DNA from: an uncultured Clostridia bacterium | GTDB taxonomy: Bacteria > Bacillota > Clostridia > Christensenellales > UBA1242 | Assembly (NCBI GenBank): GCA_934777505.1 | Contig: CAKVNM010000001.1 | Location: 294,419-358,418, forward strand | Direction of reading: 5' to 3' | Length of the DNA stretch: 64,000 nt | In this document: piece by piece, positions 8,865 to 19,993 of the stretch | How positions within the stretch are numbered: the stretch's first letter is position 1 | Layout of the letters: every line of letters begins with the position of its first letter | Made by a program: the position numbers and the translations under genes | Notes under the pieces: model-generated | Databases searched by the model: none | Seen by the model: the letters and a program-made list of their open reading frames with translations, nothing else | What the model was told of the DNA's origin: nothing

Positions 8865-10290
8865 AATTTTTCTCCAAAAAAATTTGCTTTGGCTTTTTGT
8901 CTGTCCTTAGTTCAATAAAAGAAGGTTGTCTTAGAACACCGTCTTTTGTAAGTTCGGCAAACTGCACTTCGCACACCAATTTTGGCTTCACAAAATGCAC
9001 ATCATCTTTTGTGTTTGGGAAAGACACAAACGGAGAATTTTTTGCGACAATCTTGTTAAACATTTGCCTAAGTTCCTTGCGAGAATTATCATCAAAGCCC
9101 GTTCCAACTTTACCAACATAGACTAATTTATCTTTATCGTAGTAGCCAAGCAAAATTGCACTCATATTTTTATTTTTTGAAGTCGTTGTAAATCCACCAA
9201 TCACAAATTCTTGACGATTGTAGCACTTGATTTTTAACCAGTCGTCCGTTCTTGCCGACTTATAGGCGGAGTTTGTCCGTTTTGCAACAATTCCTTCAAG
9301 CCCATTTTTCTTTGCAAGGTTAAAACTCTGTTTTCCTTTTCCTATCACAAACGAACTAAAAATCAAATTTTGCGGACAAATTTTCATAAATTTTTTTAAA
9401 ATTTCTTTCCGTTCTAGCAGTGGCAAATCTCTCAAATCCTTGCCGTCCAACGCCAAAATATCAAAAATCACATAGGACAAATTGTCACCATTATGCTTGA
9501 TTTGTTCTTGTAGTAACGAAAAGTTAGAGCGACCGTTTTCGTCAAAACTAACAACTTCGCCGTCCAAAACCGCAGTGTGATTTTTGCAAAGTTTGGTCAA
9601 AGATTTTTCAATTTCTTGAAATTTTGAAGTATAATCAACATTATTTCGTGTTTTTAGTGTGATTTTTTGTTTTTCTGCAAAAGTTAGTATGCGATAGCCG
9701 TCATACTTGATTTCAAAAAGATAGTCTTGGGACGGTATTTTTGTTGATAAAAGAGCGAGCATGGGACTCACAGTTTTAAACGGATTTGGCTTGACGGATT
9801 TTCTCACGCTTGGTGTAGAAACACCGTTTTTGGATTTTATAATAAGCCAATTTTTTTCGTCCATTCTAACCAAATGCCACTCGCCAGAAAATTTTTCGCC
9901 ATGCAAAATAAATTCCAGTTTGCCATTTTTTAGACCATTTCTAAAACTAGTCAGTGGTTCATAAAATCCTTTGTCAAAAATTTCTACCAACCCTGCTCCA
10001 TATTGATTTTTTGGAATTTCGCCTTCAAAGCCTGCGTAGGACAACGGGTGATCTTCAACATGAACTGCGAGTCGCTTATCTTTGCTAGAATTAGACAATC
10101 CCTTTGGAACAGCCCACGACAAAAGCACTCCATTAAACTCCAAACGAAAGTCATAATGGTCTGTTGTTGCTTGATGAAATTGTATGACAAAAATGCGTTT
10201 CTTTTTTTGTTTTTTTGACGCTTTTGAAACTTTGCCAATCGGCTCGTCTGTTACGGAAAAATCTCGTTTTTGATTATATTTTTTTAGCAT
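8857..10290 (-). CDS. ligD: ATP-dependent DNA ligase LigD (3'-phosphoesterase + ligase domains)
   Basis: N-terminal FVIQFHQATTDHYDFRLE...WAVPKG (PE domain) and the EIKYDGYR adenylation motif I. Confidence 0.85.
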   Translation of the reverse strand: MLKKYNQKRDFSVTDEPIGKVSKASKKQKKKRIFVIQFHQATTDHYDFRLEFNGVLLSWAVPKGLSNSSKDKRLAVHVEDHPLSYAGFEGEIPKNQYGAGLVEIFDKGFYEPLTSFRNGLKNGKLEFILHGEKFSGEWHLVRMDEKNWLIIKSKNGVSTPSVRKSVKPNPFKTVSPMLALLSTKIPSQDYLFEIKYDGYRILTFAEKQKITLKTRNNVDYTSKFQEIEKSLTKLCKNHTAVLDGEVVSFDENGRSNFSLLQEQIKHNGDNLSYVIFDILALDGKDLRDLPLLERKEILKKFMKICPQNLIFSSFVIGKGKQSFNLAKKNGLEGIVAKRTNSAYKSARTDDWLKIKCYNRQEFVIGGFTTTSKNKNMSAILLGYYDKDKLVYVGKVGTGFDDNSRKELRQMFNKIVAKNSPFVSFPNTKDDVHFVKPKLVCEVQFAELTKDGVLRQPSFIELRTDKKPKQIFLEKNYD

Positions 10291-10317
10291 AACAAATTCC
10301 TTTAAATTTAAAAAATA

Positions 10318-11163
10318 TTATTTTTTTTTGGTTTTTGATGGCTTTTTTGCGTTATTTTTACTAGTTTTTGATACTTTTTCTGTTTTTTGAGATTTTGAAG
10401 AAGTCATTTTTGATGTGCTAACACTCTTTTTTAAGGCGTCCATAAGATCGATGATTTTGACTGGCTTTGACGAGTTTTTGCTTGTTACGATTTTCTTTCC
10501 AGCGATTTTTTGTTTGATTGCTTTTTTAATTTTTTCGTTGTATTCATCCTTGTACTTTTCAGGCTCGAAAGGTGCTGCCATTTGATTAATCAAGGTTGTG
10601 GCAAGGTCGAGTTCCTGTTTTTGAATTTTTAGTTTTTTGACTTCTGGCGAGTCTTGAACTTCGTCATTAAAAAACAGAGTGTTAACAAGCATTTTGCCAT
10701 TACTTGCACGAAGCAATAGCAAACTTTCTTTTGTTCCTAGCACTGTTTTGGCTATTCCTGCTTTGTTCTCTCTTTCCATGGCTTCAAGAAGAACCAAAAA
10801 AGCACGGTCAGAGCCGTCCGGTTCAACATAGTAGGACTTATCAAAAAATATTGGGTCGACTTCGTCAAGATTAACAAAACATTCAATAGTGATGTTTTTG
10901 TCTTTTGTGGACTTGATTTTTTCAAAGTCGTCATCAGTAAAAATCACATACTTATCTTTTTCATACTGATAGCCACGGACGATATTTTCGTTTTTGACTT
11001 CCTTGTTTTCACAGTCAACACAAGTTTTTTTGTACTTTACCCTGCTCATCGTTTTTTTATCGAGCAAGTTAAAACCGATGTCGTTTTGCTTTATACTATT
11101 TGTTAAAACGATTGGAATATACACCAGTCCAAACGAAATTGCACCCTTGAAAGAATACGCCAT
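10318..11163 (-). CDS. ku: Ku DNA end-binding protein
   Basis: N-terminal GAISFGLVYIPIVL, Ku core and a basic Lys-rich C-terminal tail. Confidence 0.85.
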   Translation of the reverse strand: MAYSFKGAISFGLVYIPIVLTNSIKQNDIGFNLLDKKTMSRVKYKKTCVDCENKEVKNENIVRGYQYEKDKYVIFTDDDFEKIKSTKDKNITIECFVNLDEVDPIFFDKSYYVEPDGSDRAFLVLLEAMERENKAGIAKTVLGTKESLLLLRASNGKMLVNTLFFNDEVQDSPEVKKLKIQKQELDLATTLINQMAAPFEPEKYKDEYNEKIKKAIKQKIAGKKIVTSKNSSKPVKIIDLMDALKKSVSTSKMTSSKSQKTEKVSKTSKNNAKKPSKTKKK

Positions 11164-11293
11164 AATTCACCTCAAAATTATTATTTACAATTTGAAAAAT
11201 AATATTGAGTAGTTCAAAGATAAAACACATAAAAATTTTGATTTTATTAAAAAAATTGGGATTTTTGCATAAAAAAACCACAAAAATGTGGTT

Positions 11294-12568
11294 TTAATCG
11301 GTTAATTCTATAATTTTTGATTTAAACTTGCAGTGCTTTTGCATAATTTCTTTGCGGTTTTTCATAAAGTTTTCGAGTCCAACAATATGCACATTTGCTT
11401 GTTTAAAATAGTGATATGTGACTGGATTGAGTTCCAAAATTACATCTTTTTTTAATCCATAAGGATTGTTACTATCAAGTCTTGAAACGATATAAGCCGT
11501 GGCAATTCCAGTTGGTCTGCAAACAACTTTTGTGTAAAGTTTAAGGTCGTCATAACTTAAAATCGTCTTTTTCCAAGTCTTTTCGAGCATGGATTGATAC
11601 TGCTTTTCAAGTTCCTTGATATACTCTGCTCTTTTGGTTTTGTCCACAAAATGTTCTTGGTCGGCGAGTCCTTCAAAGTAGTTTTGATAAAGTTCAATTT
11701 CCTTTTCAAAACTAACATGGAGTCCGTCTTGTTCGATTGTGTACACCGCTTTGTTTTGAAGGTCTAATGAGAAATTTTCGTCTTTACTAGAAAAATATTT
11801 TTCAAGTTCAAAAGCGTTGTTTGCAAAATCTATATCTCTGTTTCTAACAACACCCACAAACACAATCACAAGTGTTAGCCACAAAATAGTACACAAAGCA
11901 AAGAGCGAAATGACCACATAGAACTTTGTGCCAAGTGGACTTTTTGAGCCTTCCAAAATGCTTAGTCCACACAATATTGCAAGTGGAATTAGTCCAAGCA
12001 GTGACTTTTTAACATAACTTTTTCGGGCTTGCGTTGTAAATCCAAGGTTGTAGAAATCAGTTAAAAAGTCTTTTTTGAGTACCGATTTTGTTTTTCTATA
12101 AACGAATATTAGCACCACCGCTATGAGAGCCAACACCACTGCACTAACAAGCACGAATATGCCAACATTGATAAGGACTTCGTGCCTACGCTCAATGTTT
12201 TTTTGTGCATCCATGTTTAGCGTTTCGCTTTGAAGTCCAAAAATCTCATTACCCATTTTTAGATATGTAATTTGAATTGTTTGATTAACAAGGTTACTTG
12301 CATCGTTAAAATCAATATATTGAGCAAAGATTGGTCTAATTTCGTACACCTTTTCGCTAGTGTCAACAATTTGAATAGTGTCAGCGTCTTGTCTTACTTC
12401 ACTCACGGTTATGCTGATTTGCTCCAAGTTTTCGTACTTAAAATTTTTGCTTGCAACAAACGAAGTTATTGAGCAAACCAAGCAAACAACGGCGATAAAA
12501 ATCAAGCCTACTATGCATAATCTATAAATTCTACGACTTGTATTTTGAATTTCTATTGTATTGTCCAT
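11294..12568 (-). CDS. hypothetical multi-pass membrane protein
   Basis: Long ORF with about 4 TM segments and a soluble C-terminal domain, followed immediately by a terminator hairpin (11275-11293). No recognisable family. Confidence 0.6.
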   Translation of the reverse strand: MDNTIEIQNTSRRIYRLCIVGLIFIAVVCLVCSITSFVASKNFKYENLEQISITVSEVRQDADTIQIVDTSEKVYEIRPIFAQYIDFNDASNLVNQTIQITYLKMGNEIFGLQSETLNMDAQKNIERRHEVLINVGIFVLVSAVVLALIAVVLIFVYRKTKSVLKKDFLTDFYNLGFTTQARKSYVKKSLLGLIPLAILCGLSILEGSKSPLGTKFYVVISLFALCTILWLTLVIVFVGVVRNRDIDFANNAFELEKYFSSKDENFSLDLQNKAVYTIEQDGLHVSFEKEIELYQNYFEGLADQEHFVDKTKRAEYIKELEKQYQSMLEKTWKKTILSYDDLKLYTKVVCRPTGIATAYIVSRLDSNNPYGLKKDVILELNPVTYHYFKQANVHIVGLENFMKNRKEIMQKHCKFKSKIIELTD

Positions 12569-12630
12569 AATGTTATTATTATATGAAAAAAATCGTTTTT
12601 AGTCAACCAAAAAGGTTGATAGCAAAGTCT

Positions 12631-12672
12631 AAAAAAAGCATAACTTTGTGATAGTTAAAGTTACGCTTTTTT
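12631..12672. terminator. bidirectional intrinsic terminator downstream of asnS
   Basis: 10-bp stem GCATAACTTT/AAAGTTACGC flanked by an A-run and a T-run. Confidence 0.6.
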
Positions 12673-12722
12673 GTTATTTTATTTTTCACTTTTCACGCAA
12701 AAATCAAAGCATTGCTTGTAGT

Positions 12723-14102
12723 CTAATACAAACAGTTGTTTGGAGTGCGTGGGAATGGGATTACATCTCGAATATTATCAATGCCTGTTAGGTACATGAT
12801 AAGTCTTTCAAAGCCCATACCAAAACCTGAGTGAACATTTGTGCCGTACTTTCTAAGGTTCAAGTACCAGTCGATAACATTTGTGTCAACGCCCATTTCT
12901 TTGCAACGAGCAACAATCTTGTCGTAGTCTTCTTCCCTTTGACTTCCGCCCATCAATTCGCCTGCGCCCGGAACTTCAAGGTCGACAGCGGCAACAGTTT
13001 TGCCGTCTTTGTTTTGCTTCATGTAGTAAGCCTTGATGTCTTTTGGCCAGTTTTTAATAAATACAGGTCCGCCAAAATATTCTGTGATATATTTTTCGTG
13101 TTCCTTGGCAATATCTCCGCCTTCTTCTGGCTCAAATTCCCACTTTACTGGGGCTTTTTTCAAGATGTCAATAACATCTTTGTGGTCGATTCTAACAAAC
13201 TTGCTGGTGGTGAGTTTTGTTAGTCTTTCGATAAGTCCTTTTTGAACAAAGTTATCGAGCATTTTTAACTCGTCTGGGCAAGAATCAAGCACTGTTTTAA
13301 CAACAAATTTGAGCATATCTTCTTCGATATCCATCAAGCCTTCAAGGTCGCAGAACGAGATTTCTGGCTCTATCATCCAAAATTCGTTGGCGTGAGTTTT
13401 TGTGTTTGAGTTTTCGGTTCTAAAAGTTGGCCCAAAGGTGTAGATTTTTCCAAAAGCGCTAGCAAACGCTTCGCCGTGGAGTTGTCCACTACCCGTGATA
13501 AAAGCCAGTTTGCCGAACAAATCTTTTTTCATGTCGACTGTGCCGTCTTCGTTTTTTGGAAGATTGTTGAAATTAAGTGTTGTGATTTTGAACATTTGGT
13601 CAGAGCCTTCGCAATCGGTGGTTGTGATTAGTGGGGTGTGAACATAAAGATAGCCATTGGATTGGAAATATGTGTGGATTGCCATGGCTGCCACGCTACG
13701 AATTCTAAACACCGCTTGGAAAAGGTTGGTTCTTGGACGCAAATATGCTTGCTCACGCAAGAATTCTCTTGTGTGTGGTTTTGGTTGAATTGGATAGTCG
13801 TCTGGCGATGCTCCAAGAAGAGTTACGCTTTCTGCCTTAACTTCAAACAACTGATTTTTGCCTTGCGACTCCACCACCAAACCTTTAACATTGATGCTAG
13901 AACCAACTAAGATTTTTTGAATATCGGCAAAGTTTGCTAGGCTGTCTTCGTAAACAATTTGAACCGACTTGAACGCTGTGCCGTCTGTGAAATCAATAAA
14001 GCCAAAGTTTTTTTGTCTGCGGTGATTTTTAACCCAACCGTTTAGTTCAATCGTTTGACCAATTAGAGTTTTATAGTCTTTGTTTAAATCTTTTATGTCC
14101 AT
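12723..14102 (-). CDS. asnS: asparagine--tRNA ligase
   Basis: FRTENSNTKTHANEFWMIEPE and GFGMGFERL class IIb motifs. ATG at 14102 (MDIKDL) follows AAGGAG. Confidence 0.9.
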   Translation of the reverse strand: MDIKDLNKDYKTLIGQTIELNGWVKNHRRQKNFGFIDFTDGTAFKSVQIVYEDSLANFADIQKILVGSSINVKGLVVESQGKNQLFEVKAESVTLLGASPDDYPIQPKPHTREFLREQAYLRPRTNLFQAVFRIRSVAAMAIHTYFQSNGYLYVHTPLITTTDCEGSDQMFKITTLNFNNLPKNEDGTVDMKKDLFGKLAFITGSGQLHGEAFASAFGKIYTFGPTFRTENSNTKTHANEFWMIEPEISFCDLEGLMDIEEDMLKFVVKTVLDSCPDELKMLDNFVQKGLIERLTKLTTSKFVRIDHKDVIDILKKAPVKWEFEPEEGGDIAKEHEKYITEYFGGPVFIKNWPKDIKAYYMKQNKDGKTVAAVDLEVPGAGELMGGSQREEDYDKIVARCKEMGVDTNVIDWYLNLRKYGTNVHSGFGMGFERLIMYLTGIDNIRDVIPFPRTPNNCLY

Positions 14103-14177
14103 GATACGCTCCTTTGAAAGTAAAGTTTTTGAGTAATAATTTTTATTAAGTATAGTTTTTTGATGACGATATGTCAA

Positions 14178-14507
14178 CTATTCAAGGCGTTCTCCGCCCA
14201 AAATGTGAACATGAAGATGTGGCACTGTTTGACCAGCATCATCGCCTTGATTGATAACAATTCTGTATCCGTTTTCAAGCCCAAGTTTAGAAGTCAAAGT
14301 TGGAATAGTTTTGAAAATATCCAAAAGCATTTTTTCGCCTTGCTTGTCCATTTCGCTGAGCAACTTGAAGTGCTTTTTTACGATGCAAAGATAGTGGTGT
14401 TTTGCCTTTGGCTCAATATCTTTGATGATAAAAAAGTTTTCGTTTTCAAAAAGTTTTGGAGAGGGAATTTCTCCGTTTTGAATTTTACAAAAAATACAAT
14501 CGTTCAT
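14178..14507 (-). CDS. HIT-family (histidine triad) protein
   Basis: HLHVHIL histidine triad and N-terminal CIFCKI. Confidence 0.85.
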   Translation of the reverse strand: MNDCIFCKIQNGEIPSPKLFENENFFIIKDIEPKAKHHYLCIVKKHFKLLSEMDKQGEKMLLDIFKTIPTLTSKLGLENGYRIVINQGDDAGQTVPHLHVHILGGERLE

Positions 14508-14521
14508 TTTTTTAATCTCCT

Positions 14522-15805
14522 TTAATCAACAATTTTGCCAATCATTCCGTCTTTAAGAATACTAACAAGTTTAACTTTTTCTATGTCATACATTTTTTTA
14601 ACTGGCTTTTTAACATACACTTTTATGTACGACTCAGTGTAGCCAAAGGCATAACTGTCGTCTTGACCTTCAAGCAATACCGACTGAGTTTTGTTTAGCA
14701 TATTTTGCAAAAATTCGCTATGAAGTTTGCTGTCAAGTTCTTCCAAAATTTTTACACGCTCTTTCTTTACTGCCCCGTTAACCTGTGGCATACGGCTTGC
14801 TTTTGTGCCTGCCCTAAGACTATATGGGAATATGTGCATTTTAAAAAATCTTGCTTTTTTTATTGTGTCCACCGTTTCCAAAAAGTCTTGCTCGGTTTCG
14901 GTTGGAAAGCCAACGATAACATCGGTTGTGATAACGGCGTCACTAAAATATTTTCTAATCAACTCCACTTTGTCAAGATAGTCTTTGATGGTGTAGTGTC
15001 TGTTCATGAGTGACAAAATTCTGTCGCAACCACTTTGCATTGACAAGTGAAATTGTGGACAAAAGTTTGGCATTGCAGACACGATTTTTAAAAAATCATC
15101 GTCTATAACATTGACTTCTAGCGAACTAATCCTAATTCTTGCATCAAGGTGGCTGAGCGACTGTAAAACTTGTCCAAGAGCAAGTTTGCCGTCAATTCGA
15201 TAATCACTCATATTGATACCAGTCAAAACAATCTCTTTGTTAAATTTGCTAAGATATGTGGCTTCGCTAACGATTTCGTTCAAATCTCGGCTTCTGCTTC
15301 TGCCACGAATAAATGGAATCAAACAGTATGAGCAAAAGTTGTTGCAACCATCTTGAATTTTCAAGTATGCTCGTGTTCGGCTGAGTGTATGTGACGAAAA
15401 ATTGTCATAGTCTAGTGTGAGTTTTTTGTATTGATTTCTGTCGTAATCACTAGTTATTGAGTTTTTAGTATACGAGTCGATAAACGAAGAAATATCATTT
15501 TTTCTAGCATTACCGCCAGCATAAATCACGCTTGGATTTTTCAAAAACTGTTCCAAACTATGCTCGCTTGCACAACCGCAAACAACGATTTTTGCATTTG
15601 GATTTTTATTTAAAATTTTGGTCATATAAGAACGGGATTTATGCTCAGCTTCGTTTGTGACTGCACAAGTGTTCAAAACATAAATGTCTGCGTCACTAAC
15701 AAACTCTGTTGTTGCGTCATATCCCAGTTTTAAAAGTTCTTCTTTTATTGCTCCGCTTTCGTACTGACTAACCTTACAGCCCAGCGTTAACAAACTAATT
15801 TTCAT
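14522..15805 (-). CDS. mtaB: tRNA threonylcarbamoyladenosine methylthiotransferase MtaB
   Basis: N-terminal TLGCKVSQYES, radical-SAM CNNFCSYC and a C-terminal TRAM-like region. Confidence 0.8.
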   Translation of the reverse strand: MKISLLTLGCKVSQYESGAIKEELLKLGYDATTEFVSDADIYVLNTCAVTNEAEHKSRSYMTKILNKNPNAKIVVCGCASEHSLEQFLKNPSVIYAGGNARKNDISSFIDSYTKNSITSDYDRNQYKKLTLDYDNFSSHTLSRTRAYLKIQDGCNNFCSYCLIPFIRGRSRSRDLNEIVSEATYLSKFNKEIVLTGINMSDYRIDGKLALGQVLQSLSHLDARIRISSLEVNVIDDDFLKIVSAMPNFCPQFHLSMQSGCDRILSLMNRHYTIKDYLDKVELIRKYFSDAVITTDVIVGFPTETEQDFLETVDTIKKARFFKMHIFPYSLRAGTKASRMPQVNGAVKKERVKILEELDSKLHSEFLQNMLNKTQSVLLEGQDDSYAFGYTESYIKVYVKKPVKKMYDIEKVKLVSILKDGMIGKIVD

Positions 15806-16547
15806 TTTTATTCCACTCTCCTAACAAAAACATAACCACGCTTGTGAGTGCTATGCTTGCGGTTTCTGCTCTTAAAATTCTACTGCCAAGCGACACCGAT
15901 TTTGCGTTTGGTAGTTGTGCTATTTTTTGATTTTCGTCTGGACTAAAACCACCTACACTACCTATGATTATCGCAACTTTTTGAGAATTAGTATCATTAT
16001 TATCGAGAAAATTCTCAGCAAAGTTTTGATTTGATTTTTCGTAGGCAAAAATAACTTTGTCAAACTCAGCCAAACTTTCAATCATCTGGTCAAAAGTTTG
16101 AACAGGAGTGATTTCAACTTTCTTGCTTCTGCCACACTGTTTTAGTGCTTCGATGCTAATTTTTTCGAGCCTATCGAGCCTTGTTGTGTTTGGTTTTACT
16201 TGGCAAAAACTTGAATAAAACGGAACGATTTTTTGCACGCCAAGTTCGGTCAATTTTTGAGTTATGAGTTCAAACTTGTCGGCTTTGACGAGTGCTTGAA
16301 AAACGCAAACAAAATTTTTAGTTTCGGTGCGAACTGTGTTTTCGCTTGTAATTAAAGCGTCAAGCGAATTTTTGCTTATTGACTTAATCTGTGCGGTAAA
16401 ATCTTTTCCCGAGCCGTTAAAAACTGGCACGAAATCTCCAACACTATTTCGCAAAACTTTTGTTATATGCAAAAACTCGTCACCACTAATAGTGACGGTT
16501 TGTCCAATAACTAGGTCTTGATTTGGAAGATAAAATTTTCGTGCCAT
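15795..16547 (-). CDS. rsmE: 16S rRNA (uracil1498-N3)-methyltransferase RsmE
   Basis: PUA-like N-terminus and a QKLTELGVQKIVPF / LGSRILRAETA SPOUT C-terminus. ATG at 16547 (MARKFY). Confidence 0.8.
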   Translation of the reverse strand: MARKFYLPNQDLVIGQTVTISGDEFLHITKVLRNSVGDFVPVFNGSGKDFTAQIKSISKNSLDALITSENTVRTETKNFVCVFQALVKADKFELITQKLTELGVQKIVPFYSSFCQVKPNTTRLDRLEKISIEALKQCGRSKKVEITPVQTFDQMIESLAEFDKVIFAYEKSNQNFAENFLDNNDTNSQKVAIIIGSVGGFSPDENQKIAQLPNAKSVSLGSRILRAETASIALTSVVMFLLGEWNKNEN

Positions 16548-16555
16548 AAAAATCT

Positions 16556-16825
16556 CTACTTTTTGTTTACTGCTCCGCAGGCTGGGCATTTTGTTTCGTC
16601 ATCTTTAAGTTCTGCTCCACAATACTCACAATGTCTAACATACTTTGCTGGGTTAACCTGCTTGTCTATGCTTTCTTTTAAGGTGTTAATAAACTCTGGT
16701 TGTTGTTCCAAGAGTTTTTGATTATGTTTTGACATTTTAGAAATTCTAACCAAAGCAAAAACAAATACTGCAATAAAAAGAGCAACGAAAACTATTGGAA
16801 TAATGATAAAAAATATTTGGTTCAT
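16556..16825 (-). CDS. small membrane protein with zinc ribbon
   Basis: One N-terminal TM helix and CEYCGAELKDDETKCPACGA. Confidence 0.55.
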   Translation of the reverse strand: MNQIFFIIIPIVFVALFIAVFVFALVRISKMSKHNQKLLEQQPEFINTLKESIDKQVNPAKYVRHCEYCGAELKDDETKCPACGAVNKK

Positions 16826-16860
16826 ATTAAACTCCTTGCATTAACATAACTTATTATAAC

Positions 16861-16891
16861 AAAAAAGTGCTAACTATGTTAACACTTTTTT
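16861..16891 (-). terminator. intrinsic terminator downstream of dnaJ
   Basis: 9-bp stem (one G-U pair on the minus transcript) followed by a U-run. Confidence 0.55.
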
Positions 16892-16899
16892 ATGATTTT

Positions 16900-18048
16900 T
16901 TATGATATTTTGCTTAAATAATCTCGATACTTTGCATAACTTGAAGAACCAATATTGTCTGCCACTTGACTTAGCAACTCTTTTGTTTGTCTGTCGAGTG
17001 ACTTTGGCATTTCAACAACAACTTTGACTTTCAAATCTCCACGAGAAGTTGAATGGCCTAGTTTTGTTATGCCCTTGCCTTTGATGTTAAAGGTTGTGTT
17101 GGTTTGAGTTAGTGGTGGAATAACAAGTTCGATTGTTTCGTTGATTGCAGGAACTTTGATTTTTCCGCCAAGCAAACTGATTGTGAATGGAAGTGGTACT
17201 TCAACAATCAAATCAAAGCCGTCACGCTTTAACACTGGATGCGAACCAACAGAAATCAAAAGTTTTAAGTCGCCTTTCGCCCCGTTTGTTCCGTTTGCAT
17301 GACCTTCGTTTTTGATAGACAAAATTTGGTCGTTGTCAATTCCCGCTGGGATTTGAACATTGATTGTTCTTGTTTTTCTAACTGTGCCTGTTCCGCCACA
17401 ATGTTCGCACTTGTTTTTAATAATCTTGCCAGTTCCGTTACAATCCTGACAAGTTCCAACATTTACAACTCTGCCAAGGAAAGTTTGCTGAGTGTATCTC
17501 ACCTGACCTGTGCCGTTACAAGTTGGACAAACAGAGTAGTCGTTGCTTGTTTTTGCACCTGTTCCCGAACAGAACTCGCAAGTTTCAATTCGGCTAACAC
17601 TAATGCTCTTTTTAACACCTGTGCAGGCTTCCATAAACGAAATGTTAACTTTTAGGTTAATATCATCGCCACGAGTATTCTTTGATTGTTTTGAACCGCT
17701 TGAACCACCAAACGCTCCAAAAATATCGCCAAATATTCCGCCAAGGTCGTCAAAACCACCAAAGCCACCGCCAAAGTTGGAACTACTAAATCCGCCAAAA
17801 CCACCGCTGTTTGCACCAAATGGATTGCCGTCTGGCGAGCCAAACTGGTCGTAGTTTTTTCGCTTTTGCTCATCGCCCAAAACTTCGTAGGCTTCGCTGA
17901 TTTCCTTGAACTTGCTTGCTGCCACTTCATCGTTTGGGTGCAAGTCTGGGTGATATTGTTTGGCTAGTTTTCGATAGGCTGACTTTATCTCATCGGCTGA
18001 TGCTGTCTTTGACACTCTAAGAATGTCATAATAATTTTTATTTGCCAT
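16900..18048 (-). CDS. dnaJ: molecular chaperone DnaJ
   Basis: J-domain HPD (YHPDLHP), G/F-rich linker and four CxxCxGxG zinc-finger repeats. Confidence 0.95.
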   Translation of the reverse strand: MANKNYYDILRVSKTASADEIKSAYRKLAKQYHPDLHPNDEVAASKFKEISEAYEVLGDEQKRKNYDQFGSPDGNPFGANSGGFGGFSSSNFGGGFGGFDDLGGIFGDIFGAFGGSSGSKQSKNTRGDDINLKVNISFMEACTGVKKSISVSRIETCEFCSGTGAKTSNDYSVCPTCNGTGQVRYTQQTFLGRVVNVGTCQDCNGTGKIIKNKCEHCGGTGTVRKTRTINVQIPAGIDNDQILSIKNEGHANGTNGAKGDLKLLISVGSHPVLKRDGFDLIVEVPLPFTISLLGGKIKVPAINETIELVIPPLTQTNTTFNIKGKGITKLGHSTSRGDLKVKVVVEMPKSLDRQTKELLSQVADNIGSSSYAKYRDYLSKIS

Positions 18049-18133
18049 ATTCTACGCCTTTATATTATTTTTTTACTTTAAACATAAGAAAGGAAATTGC
18101 TTTCCTTTCCTAGTATAAAAGTGTAATCAAACC

Positions 18134-19993
18134 TTACTTGTTGTCCTCTGTGGTGTATTGGCTTGGGTCAACATTAACATCATCGCCAGTTGTAGAAGAT
18201 GTGTTATTATCTCCTGTTCCTTGCTCTGAGCCTTGACCTTGGTTGTTAGCACCAGTTGAGTTTTGATAAAGTTTTGTTACGATTGGTTCTGTTGTTTTTG
18301 AAAGTGTTTCAAGAGCCTTTCTAATATCATCAGCATTTTCTGCTTGAATATCTTTCTTTGCTTGTTCGATAGCAGTTTCGAGAGTGTGTTTTTCGTCTTC
18401 GGTTAGTTTGTCGGCACTGTCTTTCATCATCTTTTCAAGTCCCAAGATAACACTGTCGGCTTGGTTTCTTGTGTCGATAACTTCCTTTCTCTTTTTGTCT
18501 TCTTCGGCAAATTGTTCTGCTTCTTTTACTGCTTTGTCGATATCTTCTTCTTTAAGGTTAGAAGAAGCAGTGATTGTGATTGATTGTTCCTTGTTTGTTG
18601 CAAGGTCTTTTGCACTAACATGAACAATTCCGTTTGCATCAATATCAAATGTTACTTCGATTTGAGGAACGCCACGAGGTGCAGGTGGAATATCGTTCAA
18701 ACTAAATCTTCCAAGAGTCTTATTGTCTTTTGCAAACTCTCTTTCGCCTTGCAAAACATGAATATCAACACCTGGTTGATTATCTGCTGCTGTTGAGAAG
18801 ATTTGACTCTTTTTTGTAGGGATTGTTGTGTTACGATTGATAATCTTTGTGCATACTCCGCCCAAAGTTTCGATACCAAGTGAAAGTGGTGTTACATCAA
18901 GCAATAGCACATCTTTAACATCGCCCTTTAAAACACCGCCTTGAATTGCTGCACCAACTGCAACACATTCATCTGGGTTGATACCTTTGTATGGTTCTTT
19001 GCCCATGTAGTTTTTAAGTTGTTCGACAACTGCTGGGATTCTGGTTGAACCACCAACCAAGATAACTTTGCTGATATCGTCTTTTGTGATTTTTGCATCT
19101 TTTAGAGCGTTTTCTACTTTTTGAAGTGATGTTTTGATGTAGCCATCAATCAAACTTTCAAATTTTGCTCTTGTTAGAGTGTATTCAAGATGTTTTGGAC
19201 CTGTTGCATCGGCTGTGATAAATGGCAAGTTGATTGTTGCACTTGTTGCAGAAGAAAGGTCGATTTTGGCTTTTTCTGCTGCTTCTTTTAATCTTTGCAT
19301 AGCCATTTTGTCTGTTGACAAATCAATGCCGTTGTTTGCTTTAAAGTCTTCAACAAGAAGATTGATGATTGCGTTATCAAAATCATCGCCACCAAGATGT
19401 GTATCACCGTTGGTTGACAAAACTTCAAACACGCCATCGCCAATTTCAAGAACAGATACATCGAATGTACCACCGCCAAGGTCATAAACCAAGATTTTTT
19501 GGTTAGAATTGTCGGCTTTGTCAAGACCATAAGCAAGTGATGCTGCTGTTGGTTCGTTGATAATTCTTAGAACATTAAGACCTGCAATTTTTCCTGCATC
19601 TTTTGTTGCTTGTCTTTGACTATCATTAAAGTATGCTGGAACAGTTATAACGGCTTCGGTAACCTTTTCGCCAAGATAACTTTCTGCATCTTGTTTTAAT
19701 TTTTGCAAAATCATTGCTGAAATTTCTTGTGGAGAATATTCTTTTCCACCAAGGCTGACTTTTACATCTTCGCCCATTTTTCTTTTAATACTCAAAATAG
19801 TGTTTTCGGCGTTTGCAACTGCTTGACGCTTTGCAACTTGACCTACTAGTCTATCTCCATTTTTGGCAATAGCAACACAACTTGGAGTTGTTCTACCTCC
19901 TTCGCTGTTAGGGATTACAGTTGGTTCGCCGCCTTCCATAACGGCAACGCAACTATTTGTTGTTCCCAAATCAATACCTATAACTTTACTCAT
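18134..19993 (-). CDS. dnaK: molecular chaperone DnaK
   Basis: [17 protein letters not shown] and VGGSTRIP motifs. ATG at 19993 follows AAAGGAGA (the track ORF is extended upstream). Confidence 0.95.
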   Translation of the reverse strand: MSKVIGIDLGTTNSCVAVMEGGEPTVIPNSEGGRTTPSCVAIAKNGDRLVGQVAKRQAVANAENTILSIKRKMGEDVKVSLGGKEYSPQEISAMILQKLKQDAESYLGEKVTEAVITVPAYFNDSQRQATKDAGKIAGLNVLRIINEPTAASLAYGLDKADNSNQKILVYDLGGGTFDVSVLEIGDGVFEVLSTNGDTHLGGDDFDNAIINLLVEDFKANNGIDLSTDKMAMQRLKEAAEKAKIDLSSATSATINLPFITADATGPKHLEYTLTRAKFESLIDGYIKTSLQKVENALKDAKITKDDISKVILVGGSTRIPAVVEQLKNYMGKEPYKGINPDECVAVGAAIQGGVLKGDVKDVLLLDVTPLSLGIETLGGVCTKIINRNTTIPTKKSQIFSTAADNQPGVDIHVLQGEREFAKDNKTLGRFSLNDIPPAPRGVPQIEVTFDIDANGIVHVSAKDLATNKEQSITITASSNLKEEDIDKAVKEAEQFAEEDKKRKEVIDTRNQADSVILGLEKMMKDSADKLTEDEKHTLETAIEQAKKDIQAENADDIRKALETLSKTTEPIVTKLYQNSTGANNQGQGSEQGTGDNNTSSTTGDDVNVDPSQYTTEDNK

